From a virus (taxonomy: Duplodnaviria > Caudoviricetes), in the IMG/VR virus record IMGVR_UViG_3300048606_000132, positions 1-27,506 of that record: a stretch of DNA of 27,506 bases; one strand, given 5' to 3'. Position 1 is the stretch's first letter. Each line of letters opens with the position of its first letter. The translations under genes and the position numbers were made by a program. Below are positions 7,628-17,373 of this stretch, piece after piece. The notes beneath the pieces were generated by a model. It was not told where the DNA came from. It saw only the letters and a list, made by a program, of their open reading frames with translations, and did no database searches.

Positions 7628-9798
7628 CAGGCGAACCCAAAGACGTTCTCATCGAACGCTCCATCATCGAAGATCATGACGGCGGAGTCGTCGGCCGGCG
7701 CGAGCGTCCACCAGGTCGTCAGTTGTCCGGCGAGACTCAACTCACACTCGACGGCATTGATGAATGTGCCCATATCCGAAATTCCGGTCGTCGCCTCGGT
7801 AAAACTGACCATGTCGCCGACGTCTCGCGTGATGGCTGACGTCACAAGGTTGTCATCCGCTTCCGACAGCAACCGGACACGGCGCGGGAACACGCGGCCG
7901 CCCCAGAGACGCGCGATGAACTCGGCGACGTCCTGCCCGATGTTTTGGTCACCCTGGTACGGCATCAGGAGCGATTCCGGGAGTTGCCGCCGCCCGTAGA
8001 TGTCAATGCTGTCCTGATTGATCCCGCGACTGATGACAGGGGCGTACCGGTAGACTCCACGCCCGCGTGCTTGGAGGCCGTCCACGCTGCCAGGTCCGCG
8101 CACATAGCCGATACTGCCGCCCGCGTTCTCGAGTTCGATGAGAGCGCGTGATCCGAAATACGTGGCGGTCACCGTGAAATCGCCAGCGACGTTCGCTCCG
8201 CTCCCGTTCGACGCCGCGTTCGCGGTCCAGTCAGTCGTCACGGTGAGCGGCTCCATATCCATCCCGCCGACGAATTCCGCTTCATTGTTGGGATCCCGAT
8301 ACTCCACGATGATAAAGATCGTCGCTCCAGCGTCGACAGCGATGGGTTGGTCACATTGAATGAGCACGGTCGTCGCGGCCGCATCCTGGCGCCGTGGCAC
8401 CGTCCTCACTTCCACGTCGTTGATAATGTCTTCCCACTCGGAGGGCACGGCAAACGCCCCTGGCTCATTCGCTAATTGATCGCGCGTAAACTGCTCGACG
8501 ACATCAGACACCGCACGCGCCTGCCGATTTTCAAAGCGAAGCGTCTCGCCGTCGGTGGCATCACCACGCAGATAGAGGTAGCCCATCTCGCTTTGGAGAA
8601 TGTCTTGGGCCACGGAGGCAGCCTTCGGCGTGACGCCACCCAGATCATCGAAGGCAAAGGCATACGTGTCGCTCCCGAGATCCAAATCAACATTCGCTGG
8701 CGCCGTGGGCACGACTGCCAGGAGCGCGGTGAGCAGATCGTCGGCGCCGACGCTGGCGTAAATGTCCAGATTCGCCGCGTCGAAGTCGGCGAACTCGGCG
8801 AGCCAGTCAAGCGCCGTGCAACTCGTCGTGCGCAGGCCCGTGACACCTGGGTCAGGGAGGATCGAGCGCAGCTTCCCGCGGAAGACATAGCGCGTGGCGA
8901 TGCCATCCGTGAGTTGTAGCCGAACACGACTACCACGAAGGAACCCCGTCAACGCATCTGTATGCCCAGGCGAGTACAGCCCTTCTGTCTGGGCCGTATT
9001 CTGGTCACTGTTGTCCAGCGTGAAATGGAGCGTGCCTGGCCTAGCCATCCGGTCGAGTGGACCGGACCCGAACATGCCGCGTGACCAGCGGATCGGATCG
9101 CGAATCAGATCCGCCGTGATGTCGGTCCAGCCCGTACTCGTCGCCCTGATGGCGAACGAGAGGGCGATCATCCCAGGGTTCGCGGCCGGCGCCGAGAATG
9201 CCTGAGCGCCGGTCGCGCCTGCGGCCGTAATCGTCTTCGTCGTGAACGCCAAGCCTTCGTGTCCGCCGTTCTGTTCGACGATGTAGCCACTGGGCGTTCC
9301 CGTGATGGCCACCGTAATACCGTCCACGAGACCGACCGCGCAGTGCAGCGCGTTGGCCGTCAGTGTGGTGATATTCGGCGCATTGATCGAGGTCGCTGGC
9401 TGACTCGCTGAGGAGGTCGGCGCCACATCGTAAATCACCGACGCGTGCGGGTTCTGAATCGTGACCGCCACCACGGTCCATCGCTGCGACGAGCCCAACG
9501 TAAAGTGCAGGGTGCCGGGATCGCCACCCACGACGCGCCGACTGAACACGGAGACCGTATGCGAGGTCTGCGTGACGTCGTTCAGATCCTCGGTGTAGGG
9601 CGTGGCGCCGTTGTTGTCAACGATCGTCGTGGAGGCGCCGTTCGCGTGGACGATGACGAGTACCACATCGCCGTCCGCCGTCCCGGCCGGCATGGCGATG
9701 CTCACCGCCGTCGAGCCAGCCAGGTCAGTGGCGAGGCGAGAGGAACGGACGAATGTCACGACCGCGAGTTCGAGTTCGAGCGTGGCGGAGACGGGCAT
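7627..9798 (-). CDS. Minor tail / tail-tip hub protein (723 aa) with an inserted beta-rich domain
   Basis: Directly downstream of the TMP; WTDITAD, SRG, FTLDN, VFRGKL, IINDVEV, SIDIYGRR, DVGDMV motifs. Confidence 0.8.
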   Translation of the reverse strand: MPVSATLELELAVVTFVRSSRLATDLAGSTAVSIAMPAGTADGDVVLVIVHANGASTTIVDNNGATPYTEDLNDVTQTSHTVSVFSRRVVGGDPGTLHFTLGSSQRWTVVAVTIQNPHASVIYDVAPTSSASQPATSINAPNITTLTANALHCAVGLVDGITVAITGTPSGYIVEQNGGHEGLAFTTKTITAAGATGAQAFSAPAANPGMIALSFAIRATSTGWTDITADLIRDPIRWSRGMFGSGPLDRMARPGTLHFTLDNSDQNTAQTEGLYSPGHTDALTGFLRGSRVRLQLTDGIATRYVFRGKLRSILPDPGVTGLRTTSCTALDWLAEFADFDAANLDIYASVGADDLLTALLAVVPTAPANVDLDLGSDTYAFAFDDLGGVTPKAASVAQDILQSEMGYLYLRGDATDGETLRFENRQARAVSDVVEQFTRDQLANEPGAFAVPSEWEDIINDVEVRTVPRRQDAAATTVLIQCDQPIAVDAGATIFIIVEYRDPNNEAEFVGGMDMEPLTVTTDWTANAASNGSGANVAGDFTVTATYFGSRALIELENAGGSIGYVRGPGSVDGLQARGRGVYRYAPVISRGINQDSIDIYGRRQLPESLLMPYQGDQNIGQDVAEFIARLWGGRVFPRRVRLLSEADDNLVTSAITRDVGDMVSFTEATTGISDMGTFINAVECELSLAGQLTTWWTLAPADDSAVMIFDDGAFDENVFGFA

Positions 9799-9801
9799 GC
9801 G

Positions 9802-12426
9802 TCAGCGTCTCCGTCCGGCGGTTTGGACACCGAAGCGTCCAGCGTTTTGCACGACGGTCGGGATGACCGTCAGGAGGTCCCGGCGCAACCCGTTAATCGC
9901 ATCTTCAATCCGACCATCGGCGCGCGCCTGGCCTTCCGTGCGCACTTCCTCGCGGCCGTGCAGCATCGCGAGTGTGCCGCGGCCGAAGTCGCGCATGCCG
10001 CCACTCCCCTGCGCGAACATCGGCATATGACTCTCGCCGCCGTGGCCGAACGACTCGGCCGCCAGCGCCGCCGCCAGCGCCGGATTGTTCCGCTCGAACT
10101 GCGCTTGAAATTCTTCTGGCGACATCGCATTCATGGCGAAGACGTTGTCGATCATCGAGAGGCCGTTCCCGCCCTTGACGTTATCGATGCTGTATTTGCT
10201 GTTGTTGATGAAGCCGCTGATCATGAGCGGCAGCGCCATCGCGAGCGCGCCGGCAATCGGCACCGCCGCGAGCGCAGCCGACGCGCCCATCCCTCCGCCG
10301 CCGGCCACGCCGAAGGCCGTTTCAGAACTAATCGCGCCCACGCCACCGGCGACAGCCCCGCCTCCACCTGCACCGGCTAAACTGGCCAGCGCCCCGGCCC
10401 ATCCGCCGCCACCGCCACCTGCAAAGGCCCCGGCGATCTTCGCGGCGATGCTCACGGCCCACTTCGCAACGGCATCCCAAATCGGCTGCAGGAGCTCCTG
10501 GGTGATGGCGTTCAGGAGACTGACGCCGATGCCTTTCAGCGCCCCAATAACGCCCCCGCCGCCGGTGAACGCGTTGATGAACAACTGCGGGATCCCTTGA
10601 AGCGCCTGCGTGAGATGGCCGGTAATCCGATCGGCGAGCGGCGCAATCCCGTTGTCGATGACCTGCTGAAAGACGGTCGGCATCCCCGCCATCGTGCCCA
10701 TCGTGCCAACGAGTGAATCTCTAAACGCCCATGTTTTGAGCGTCAGATTCCCGGTGAAGAATGCTTGGCGATCAGTGATCGCACCGACCCCATCAGCGAC
10801 CTTCCCATAGCGGGCAAACTCCGCATTCCCAAACGCCAGTTGACTATCGAATTCGCGCATAGCCGCGGTGAATTGTTTCTTCGCCTCGGTGGCTTTCTTG
10901 TCGGCCTCGGTCGCGGCTTTCTGTTTATCTGTGGCGTCCGCCAGGCGTTGCTTGAACAGCGCGAGGGCATCAGAACTGAGACCGGTGAGGGTGTGCAGCT
11001 CCTCCATCGTGAGCGCCCCCTTCTTCATTTCCTTCGTGAGCTGGTCCCGTTCGGTCTTGGATAATTTCCCCAATTCGTCATCGAGCGCGGCCGACGCGGC
11101 GGCGAGCTTCTCCGTGAAGTCAGTCGTGGTGGCGACGACCGGCTTCAGTTCCTTGTGACTCTGCTGGACAAAGGCGACGGCTTCCGCGAGGTCCTTGAAC
11201 GTGCGCCCCGTGGCCTTCGAAATGCGTTCCAGGTTGATCTGGTCGACCGCGGCCTGTCGGCTGTCCGCGGCCGCGCGCTCGGAGTTCTCGCTGTACAGTT
11301 TCCAGGCTTGCCAGGCGATCGTCGCGGCCGTCGCGACCGCGGCTAGGGCGACGGTGACGGTCGCGATTGTCGCGGCCACGCCTACGAGCGAGATATTCAC
11401 GCCAGTGACGGCGACCTTGAGCGACGTGAAGGCGCCGCTGAGGCCGCTCAGTCCGACCAGCGGAATCAGCTTCGAGATCCCCGCCGAGACCGGTCCGAAT
11501 GCGAGCCCGAGCGCGGTCACCGTGCTCGAGGCGCCGGTGATGACGGCCGCCCACGAGCCAACCGCCGGAGACGTGGCTACCCATTCGCTGACGCCGTCGA
11601 CGAAGTTCGAAATCGTCGTCTTTGACTGGGCGACCTTGTCGGCGAAATCCACCTGCGCTTTGCCAGAGAGCGCGAGGACATGCTGCCCCTCGGTGAGAAT
11701 GGCGTTTTTGATCGCCTCCTTCTTTTCCTCCTCGGTGAGTTCGGAGGACTTCTTCCGGATCGAGGCCGCATAGTCGTCGGTCGCCTTCGCCGCGTCGATG
11801 TTCAGGCCGATCGTCTTGAGCGTCTTGTCCTGGCCCGTCGCCATCGCCTGAATCAACGTGTCGAAGGCCGTCTTCAGATCGCCGCCGGTGCGATCGGCCA
11901 GGACCGCGGCAATGTCGCCCGCCGTGCCCATCTGATCGCTGGTCAACTTCAGCCCCTGGCTGAAGCCTTTATTCGCGGTAGCCATGAGGTCGAAGTTCGA
12001 AATATTCCCGAGCGTGGCGGTGCGGAGCTTCCCGAGCATCACATTCGCGGACTCGCCCATCGCGCCGGTCAGGGCCGTGAACGAATCACGCACGTCAACG
12101 ACATCCGCGCCGCGTTCTCCGAGCTTCGCCACGCCGGCCGCCACTCCAGCGACGACCGCCCCGATGCCCGCCGCCACCGTCGCCATCTGCCGGAAGGACA
12201 ACGTGGGCTTGTCGACTTCCGCGGCCAGCCGCTTCATTTCGTCACGGCCGGCCTTGCCCATGCCGCTGATCAGTTCGCCAGAGTTACCCGCTTCCTTCCC
12301 CGCGGCCGTCAGCCCCTTCGTGAGGTCCTTCGTATATTTCTGGACGCGATCGAGGCCAGCGGTCAGCCCAGCCTCGTCGGTGGCGAGCACAAGAACGGCA
12401 CGCCCCAGCGAGATGGTCTTAGCCAT
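9802..12426 (-). CDS. Tail tape measure protein (874 aa)
   Basis: Long Ala/Gly-rich helical protein after the chaperones; hydrophobic central segment; C-terminal FAQG..AMLHGREEV. Confidence 0.9.
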   Translation of the reverse strand: MAKTISLGRAVLVLATDEAGLTAGLDRVQKYTKDLTKGLTAAGKEAGNSGELISGMGKAGRDEMKRLAAEVDKPTLSFRQMATVAAGIGAVVAGVAAGVAKLGERGADVVDVRDSFTALTGAMGESANVMLGKLRTATLGNISNFDLMATANKGFSQGLKLTSDQMGTAGDIAAVLADRTGGDLKTAFDTLIQAMATGQDKTLKTIGLNIDAAKATDDYAASIRKKSSELTEEEKKEAIKNAILTEGQHVLALSGKAQVDFADKVAQSKTTISNFVDGVSEWVATSPAVGSWAAVITGASSTVTALGLAFGPVSAGISKLIPLVGLSGLSGAFTSLKVAVTGVNISLVGVAATIATVTVALAAVATAATIAWQAWKLYSENSERAAADSRQAAVDQINLERISKATGRTFKDLAEAVAFVQQSHKELKPVVATTTDFTEKLAAASAALDDELGKLSKTERDQLTKEMKKGALTMEELHTLTGLSSDALALFKQRLADATDKQKAATEADKKATEAKKQFTAAMREFDSQLAFGNAEFARYGKVADGVGAITDRQAFFTGNLTLKTWAFRDSLVGTMGTMAGMPTVFQQVIDNGIAPLADRITGHLTQALQGIPQLFINAFTGGGGVIGALKGIGVSLLNAITQELLQPIWDAVAKWAVSIAAKIAGAFAGGGGGGWAGALASLAGAGGGGAVAGGVGAISSETAFGVAGGGGMGASAALAAVPIAGALAMALPLMISGFINNSKYSIDNVKGGNGLSMIDNVFAMNAMSPEEFQAQFERNNPALAAALAAESFGHGGESHMPMFAQGSGGMRDFGRGTLAMLHGREEVRTEGQARADGRIEDAINGLRRDLLTVIPTVVQNAGRFGVQTAGRRR

Positions 12427-12724
12427 CGGCGGGTGCCTTCTCGACGAGGGTGTACCCGATGCCGAGCGTGGACAGCATCTCCGGCGCCGGCGCCGTGGCG
12501 GCTTTTCGCTGCGACGTCGCGCGCTTCGCGAGGCGTTGCCATTGCCGGATGAGGTCTCCGATGATCCCGCGCTTGAACGACCCGGTGCCGACGCCGACGC
12601 ATTCGGCCGTCCGCATCGACTCCTCCGCCATCAGCACTGGAATCATGGCGAGGCACGACCCGATGACCACGACCGGCGTGCGCGTGAGCCACATCATCGG
12701 ATCGCTCCCGGGATAGAAGCGCAT
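12419..12724 (-). CDS. Tail assembly chaperone, downstream (T-like) ORF
   Basis: In the -1 frame relative to the upstream chaperone and open well upstream; also has a TGATG-coupled ATG at 12724; precedes the TMP. Confidence 0.65.
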   Translation of the reverse strand: MRFYPGSDPMMWLTRTPVVVIGSCLAMIPVLMAEESMRTAECVGVGTGSFKRGIIGDLIRQWQRLAKRATSQRKAATAPAPEMLSTLGIGYTLVEKAPADG

Positions 12725-13152
12725 CAGGCGGGCCGTGATCTCGCCCCAGTCGGCTTGTTCGGCCGCACGTGGCCGTTGACGCGCCGCGTCTCCCCCCGCT
12801 GTGACGGGCGCTGTCCCGCCGACTGGAGGAGCGGCGTCGAGGGCAGCGCGATAAAAGCCTGACAGACCGAGAGACGTTGCAGGTCTGTGAGCCGCTCGAG
12901 GACCTCGGCCGGCGCATCGAGCACAATCCGACAAATCGTCGCGAGGATGCGCTCGAGTTCGGCCGCTTCCTCGTCCGATAATTCGTCCTGCCCCCACAGC
13001 CGTTCGAACCGCGGCGTCAGTTTGCTGTAGCGGTGATAGTCGACCGCCGAGAGGGTGTCTGGGAGCGAGAGGGCGTAGGCCGTTCCGTCGATCACGACGG
13101 ACGGCCGTTCGGTCAGGGTGTCAAGCGAGAGTAGCGGTGCGCGCTCGGCCAT
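12724..13152 (-). CDS. Tail assembly chaperone (G-like, 142 aa)
   Basis: GAAGGAG RBS before ATG13152; VVIDGTAYAL; acidic helices; between tail tube and TMP. Confidence 0.75.
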   Translation of the reverse strand: MAERAPLLSLDTLTERPSVVIDGTAYALSLPDTLSAVDYHRYSKLTPRFERLWGQDELSDEEAAELERILATICRIVLDAPAEVLERLTDLQRLSVCQAFIALPSTPLLQSAGQRPSQRGETRRVNGHVRPNKPTGARSRPA

Positions 13153-13357
13153 GGAGAGTCTCCTTCGCCTCGGGAGCGGGGTGAACGACAACGAGTTGAA
13201 TGCCGCGCTGCTGACAGTCCGCTTCGATGGCGGCCAGCGCAGCGGCGGTCACATGGAGCTCGGCGCGATGCCGGCTGATTGCGCGCTTGTGTCCGACGAG
13301 TTCGGCGCGCAAGCGCGCGTGATCCGCAATCAGCTCATTAGGTGAGCGGGTCAGCAT
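13121..13357 (-). CDS. Small coiled-coil hypothetical protein (78 aa)
   Basis: Only ORF in the track filling the tube-chaperone gap in operon orientation; overlaps both neighbours. Confidence 0.5.
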   Translation of the reverse strand: MLTRSPNELIADHARLRAELVGHKRAISRHRAELHVTAAALAAIEADCQQRGIQLVVVHPAPEAKETLHGRARTATLA

Positions 13358-13949
13358 GTTGCGCCAGCAACTGACCGAACCGGACGAACTCGGTCGCCGC
13401 GTCCGGATCGACCAGCGCGGTCCATTCGAGCGCCAACGCCGCCGGCTCGCCCTTCCGCATCACCGGTTCCGGATTGCCGGTCTGCGCCGCGCGCGGGACC
13501 TGGAACTGCATGTTGAAGTCGTCCCCGTATGGCGACGGGCCGCGCACGAGCAGCGCGTAGGTCGCGACCGAGAAGCCGCGCGAGAGGCCGATCTTCTTGT
13601 AGCCGGCCGTGCCCATCCCCGCCGCCACGGTCGTGACGGTGTTGCTGTTCAACGCGTGGGCGTATTGCTCGAGCGTGAGGTCCGCGAGCACCAGGCGGAC
13701 CATCAGATCTTCTTCGGTCCTGAAGGCCTTCCGCGATCCCGCATCGCCGAGCGCGCGGAATAACGTCATCGCCTGGCTGTGTGCCACGGTGACGCCGTCA
13801 TCGAGATAGTTCAGATCGCCGGAACTGCCGATCTTCGCCCACGGGTTGGCCGGGGCGGCGTTGATCAGCGGGAAGGCCGTGCCGAGCGGCGCGAACCAGA
13901 CCGTGAAGGGTGCGGCGATGATCTCGTACGGGGCAGAATTGTTGGCCAT
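13338..13949 (-). CDS. Major tail (tube) protein
   Basis: About 200 aa; VWFAPLGTAFP..WAKIG..DDGVTV; position before the chaperones; GAGG RBS. Confidence 0.85.
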   Translation of the reverse strand: MANNSAPYEIIAAPFTVWFAPLGTAFPLINAAPANPWAKIGSSGDLNYLDDGVTVAHSQAMTLFRALGDAGSRKAFRTEEDLMVRLVLADLTLEQYAHALNSNTVTTVAAGMGTAGYKKIGLSRGFSVATYALLVRGPSPYGDDFNMQFQVPRAAQTGNPEPVMRKGEPAALALEWTALVDPDAATEFVRFGQLLAQHADPLT

Positions 13950-13958
13950 GTCGGTCCT

Positions 13959-14513
13959 CTATAGTTTCGTAAGGGCGAATTCCAATTCGTGCGGGAGGTT
14001 CTTCGCGAGTTGTTCCTCCGCCCGCGCCACACCTTGGTCTTGGCGATTGATGAAGGCCTGCCAGATCGAGGGACCACGGAGTTCGTAGATCGGCAAGCGC
14101 CTGGCACCCGTCCGTCGCTGGAACACGCCCATGTGTCCCGTCGGCATCTTCGCGATGAACGCGTTGGGATACCGGCCAGCCCCGCCAGGTAATCGCGCGG
14201 TGACCCCATTGCCGCGCCCGAGCGACGGATAGCGGCCTTTCGCCCTGAAGTCGTACAACGGCACACGCGTCGGACTCGCGCGGAAGGTCGCTTCGAGGTT
14301 CTCGGCGGTCGCGTTCTGCACGGTCACGAGCCCGCGCACGTCGCTGACCTTCATGCCCATGTCCGTGGAGATCAGGCTCACCATCAGCGTCTTGGCGCTG
14401 GCCGCGGACCGGTTCAGCGCCCGCGCAATCGCCGGCCGAGCGCGGCCTTTTAGAGCCGTGATCGCACGCGCGACATCAGCGGTATTCAGGGAGACGGTGA
14501 TGGTGGCGCTCAC
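13959..14513 (-). CDS. Lambda gpZ-like minor tail/neck protein
   Basis: Basic protein; AIARALNRSA, AFIAKMPTGHMGVFQR..RLPI..LRGPSI. Confidence 0.85.
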   Translation of the reverse strand: MSATITVSLNTADVARAITALKGRARPAIARALNRSAASAKTLMVSLISTDMGMKVSDVRGLVTVQNATAENLEATFRASPTRVPLYDFRAKGRYPSLGRGNGVTARLPGGAGRYPNAFIAKMPTGHMGVFQRRTGARRLPIYELRGPSIWQAFINRQDQGVARAEEQLAKNLPHELEFALTKL

Positions 14514-14959
14514 GGGGCGCCCCAGCCTTCCAAGTACGGGCAGGTGTAGGTAATCGACATCCCGACCACCGTGCTGCCGGCGGCGCGTTCAATCGTCACC
14601 ACGGAGCCCCGTTCAATCTGGCGCTTCACGAGACCACCGAGCGTGCGGTCCGGTAATTCCACCGCGCGCTTGATGTCGCTGATGACCTGTTCGACCGCGA
14701 TCCATGGCTGATCGAGGTCTGGTCTGGCGAGCGCATGGATGGTAATCGGCAGCGCAATGTACAGGTTCTCCCCTTGGTACCGCGGTTCCTCCACGCCCAC
14801 CACGATCGCAATCGCGGTCTCGGGATCGTCCGGCCCCAACTCCACGAGCTCCCCGAGATAGAGGGCCAGCCCAGCATCCGTGTCGAACTCGTGGCTGATG
14901 GTGATCTCGGCCACGCGCGCACTGAGCGCCTCCAGAATGAGTTGTCGACGGGAGGCCAT
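14510..14959 (-). CDS. Putative tail terminator/completion protein
   Basis: MASRRQLILEAL, DIKRAV..DRTLGGLV; position in the neck module. Confidence 0.7.
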   Translation of the reverse strand: MASRRQLILEALSARVAEITISHEFDTDAGLALYLGELVELGPDDPETAIAIVVGVEEPRYQGENLYIALPITIHALARPDLDQPWIAVEQVISDIKRAVELPDRTLGGLVKRQIERGSVVTIERAAGSTVVGMSITYTCPYLEGWGAP

Positions 14960-14965
14960 GTCTGG

Positions 14966-15322
14966 TTACGGGGCAAGCTCGAAATCGGGGATGACCACGA
15001 CCCGGGCGTGATCCGCTTCCACGCGCTCGGTCCCATCGACCCGCCAGCGGCGATCCGCCTCGCCCGCCCGTTCCGGCGCCATGATGATCGACCCCCTCGG
15101 CACGAGGGCGACGGCATCGCGACTGATGGCGAGAATGCGCTGCGGTTCCCGACGCTGAAACTCGCTGCCGAGGCCGACGTCCTGTGTGAGCGGCGTCAGC
15201 CAGATCCCCGTCGTCTCGAGCGGCTCCTCATCGGGCACCGGAAACGCCCGCATGATGGTGACCGGGACGCCGAGCACAGCGAAATTCAGATCGCGTACGA
15301 GCGTCCGGAGGTCACCAAACAT
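14966..15322 (-). CDS. Head-tail joining/closure protein (lambda FII-like)
   Basis: 118 aa, FAVLGVPVTI..PRGSII..WRVDG; follows DUF2190. Confidence 0.75.
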   Translation of the reverse strand: MFGDLRTLVRDLNFAVLGVPVTIMRAFPVPDEEPLETTGIWLTPLTQDVGLGSEFQRREPQRILAISRDAVALVPRGSIIMAPERAGEADRRWRVDGTERVEADHARVVVIPDFELAP

Positions 15323-15338
15323 CAGCGAGGTTCAGGGA

Positions 15339-15692
15339 CTATGTGCCCTGTTCTCGACCGATGCCGTCGAGGCGCACGACCCCGGTTGTGGCGCCAGAGC
15401 CAGAGCCGACCGCTTCGACCGCTGTGCCTGCCTGGAAGTTGCCGGCGCCCGCCGTCGTGAACCGCGAGTTGCCCGCATCCCAGAAGACGACCGCGCCTTC
15501 GGCCCACGCCTGTGAGCCGACCTTCGTGACGCTGATGACCCCGCGCGTCAGGCCGTTGAACCGTAAGGTCTGAGCGACGGTCACCGTGGGAATAACCAAC
15601 AGTTGGCCGATCAGCACCGGGACATCCTTCGTCACCCCGCCGCTTGGTGCGGTGTACTCGACCACGTCGCCAGGCTGTATGTATTTGACCAT
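15339..15692 (-). CDS. DUF2190-family capsid decoration/cement protein
   Basis: KYIQPGDVV..AP.GGV..V..G; GV..VTK..QAW..GA.V.WD; right after the MCP; GGAG RBS. Confidence 0.88.
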   Translation of the reverse strand: MVKYIQPGDVVEYTAPSGGVTKDVPVLIGQLLVIPTVTVAQTLRFNGLTRGVISVTKVGSQAWAEGAVVFWDAGNSRFTTAGAGNFQAGTAVEAVGSGSGATTGVVRLDGIGREQGT

Positions 15693-15733
15693 TGATGCTT
15701 TTCTCCGTTAGTCGACGCGACTGGTGACGAGCC

Positions 15734-17356
15734 TTAGCTCGCGACCGACCCGTCGTTCTTGTACAGACCCCTGTGGTCGATGACTTTGGCGCCCACGTCG
15801 TGGCGGCACTTGATTTCGAGGCCGTCCACGTCGAAGCCAATCCGGCTCTCGACGAGTGGCCCTTCCTGCCCTTCGAGCATCGCGAGCTCGACGAGGTCCA
15901 CCTGCTCGGGCGTCGACGCGAGATACCAGGCGGAGGCACTCCCCGTCGCCGAGGCGGTCCCGATGGTGATGCCGGTTTCGAGCCGAGGTTCGCAGAGCAC
16001 TGTGAGCACGCCCGCGTACGGGTTCACGTTCGTGGCCTGCTGGGCCTGCATGTTCACGCTCACGAACTGCAGGGCGCGCGTCTTCTGCGACGGCGGCACG
16101 ATCAGGTACTTCGGCTGCGCCTGGATGAGCGTGTTCCCGTCGATGCCACGCTGGAGCATCATGGCCGCTTCAGCCGCGCTGATGGTCGTGATGCCGATCA
16201 GGCCGGCCCCGGCGTAGTTGCTGTGCGTAGCGTGGAACAACGCGACGGTGTCGCCCATCGTCGGGTTGCTGAGAATCTGGTACCAGACCAGATCGGACTC
16301 GAGGTTCTTGGCCATGCGGCCAAACTTCGCCGGCACGCGCGAGAACGCGTCCGTGTCGTCGTTGACCAGCGCCCGTCGCGTGATGGCGAAGACGCGGCCG
16401 TATTCGGCCAACTGGATTTGCTCGCGTCCCTCGGCGATGGTGCCGCGCTTGAACTCGCCGTGCTCGTTGATCGGCTGCAGCGCGGGCGCATCGCCAATCT
16501 GGACGCGATTCGCCGGCTTGAAGTCCGACAGCGAGACCGCCCGGGTGATCGGCTGGAAGGTCTGCGGCGCGGCCTGATACTCCGCGCGCAGGCTCTTGTT
16601 GGCGACATCCGCCAGCAACAGCGGGAAGTCCGACGTGGTGTGCATGCCGCCGCGCGTCTGGGTCAAGCCCAGCGCCACGCCGGCGACCTCCATCTTGCCC
16701 ATCCCGGTGACGCGCAGGCCCCTGGCACCGAGATACGCCTTGGCGACATCGAGCATCGTCATACCGCGGTACTCGCGGCCCTTGTCTTCGAGCTTGAAGT
16801 GCTGCGGCGCCACGCGGTGCAGCAGCGCGTTCTCGATGCCGGACCTGGCGTGGACGAACGGATCGTCGCCCATGTCCACCGATGTCCGACGGGCGCCGCC
16901 ATTCGGCGCGGGATTCGGATCCTCGCGGGTCTTCAGCTCTTTGAACACGCGCTTCTGCGCTTCGAGCAGCGTGATCTTGGTGTCGTTGATCAGCGTGCGA
17001 GCGAAGGTCATCGGCAACCGTGCGGCCGCGCACGCGTCGAGAATGCCGTTGGTCCGCTCGTTCTCCGCCGTGACGCCGAGGTCGCGCTCGTTCGGCTCGG
17101 CCTCTTCGTCGTCTTCTTCGGCCGCCGGCTGACGGCGACCACCGATCGGATTCTCGGACCGGATGAACTCGGGATCATCCTCGCGGTCACGTCCACCCTC
17201 GGCCTGACGAATCTCCACGTCGACGGCCTCGACTTCGGCCATCTTGGCGTCGAAGGCCGCGCGCGTCTCATCGTCCTTGTAGGTGCCGTCGGCGTTGCGC
17301 AGGCCTTCGGCCTCTCGCAGGAGTTTGGCGCGTTTGGTCTTGAGCTTTTTCAACAT
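15734..17356 (-). CDS. Major capsid protein (HK97 fold) with N-terminal scaffold region
   Basis: HTTSDFPLLLADVANKSL, DFKP, EHGEFK, YGRVFAITR..LVNDD, PKYLIVPP, GFDVDG..K.RHDVG..DHRGLYK. Confidence 0.93.
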   Translation of the reverse strand: MLKKLKTKRAKLLREAEGLRNADGTYKDDETRAAFDAKMAEVEAVDVEIRQAEGGRDREDDPEFIRSENPIGGRRQPAAEEDDEEAEPNERDLGVTAENERTNGILDACAAARLPMTFARTLINDTKITLLEAQKRVFKELKTREDPNPAPNGGARRTSVDMGDDPFVHARSGIENALLHRVAPQHFKLEDKGREYRGMTMLDVAKAYLGARGLRVTGMGKMEVAGVALGLTQTRGGMHTTSDFPLLLADVANKSLRAEYQAAPQTFQPITRAVSLSDFKPANRVQIGDAPALQPINEHGEFKRGTIAEGREQIQLAEYGRVFAITRRALVNDDTDAFSRVPAKFGRMAKNLESDLVWYQILSNPTMGDTVALFHATHSNYAGAGLIGITTISAAEAAMMLQRGIDGNTLIQAQPKYLIVPPSQKTRALQFVSVNMQAQQATNVNPYAGVLTVLCEPRLETGITIGTASATGSASAWYLASTPEQVDLVELAMLEGQEGPLVESRIGFDVDGLEIKCRHDVGAKVIDHRGLYKNDGSVAS

Positions 17357-17373
17357 GGCTACAGTCCTCTTGA

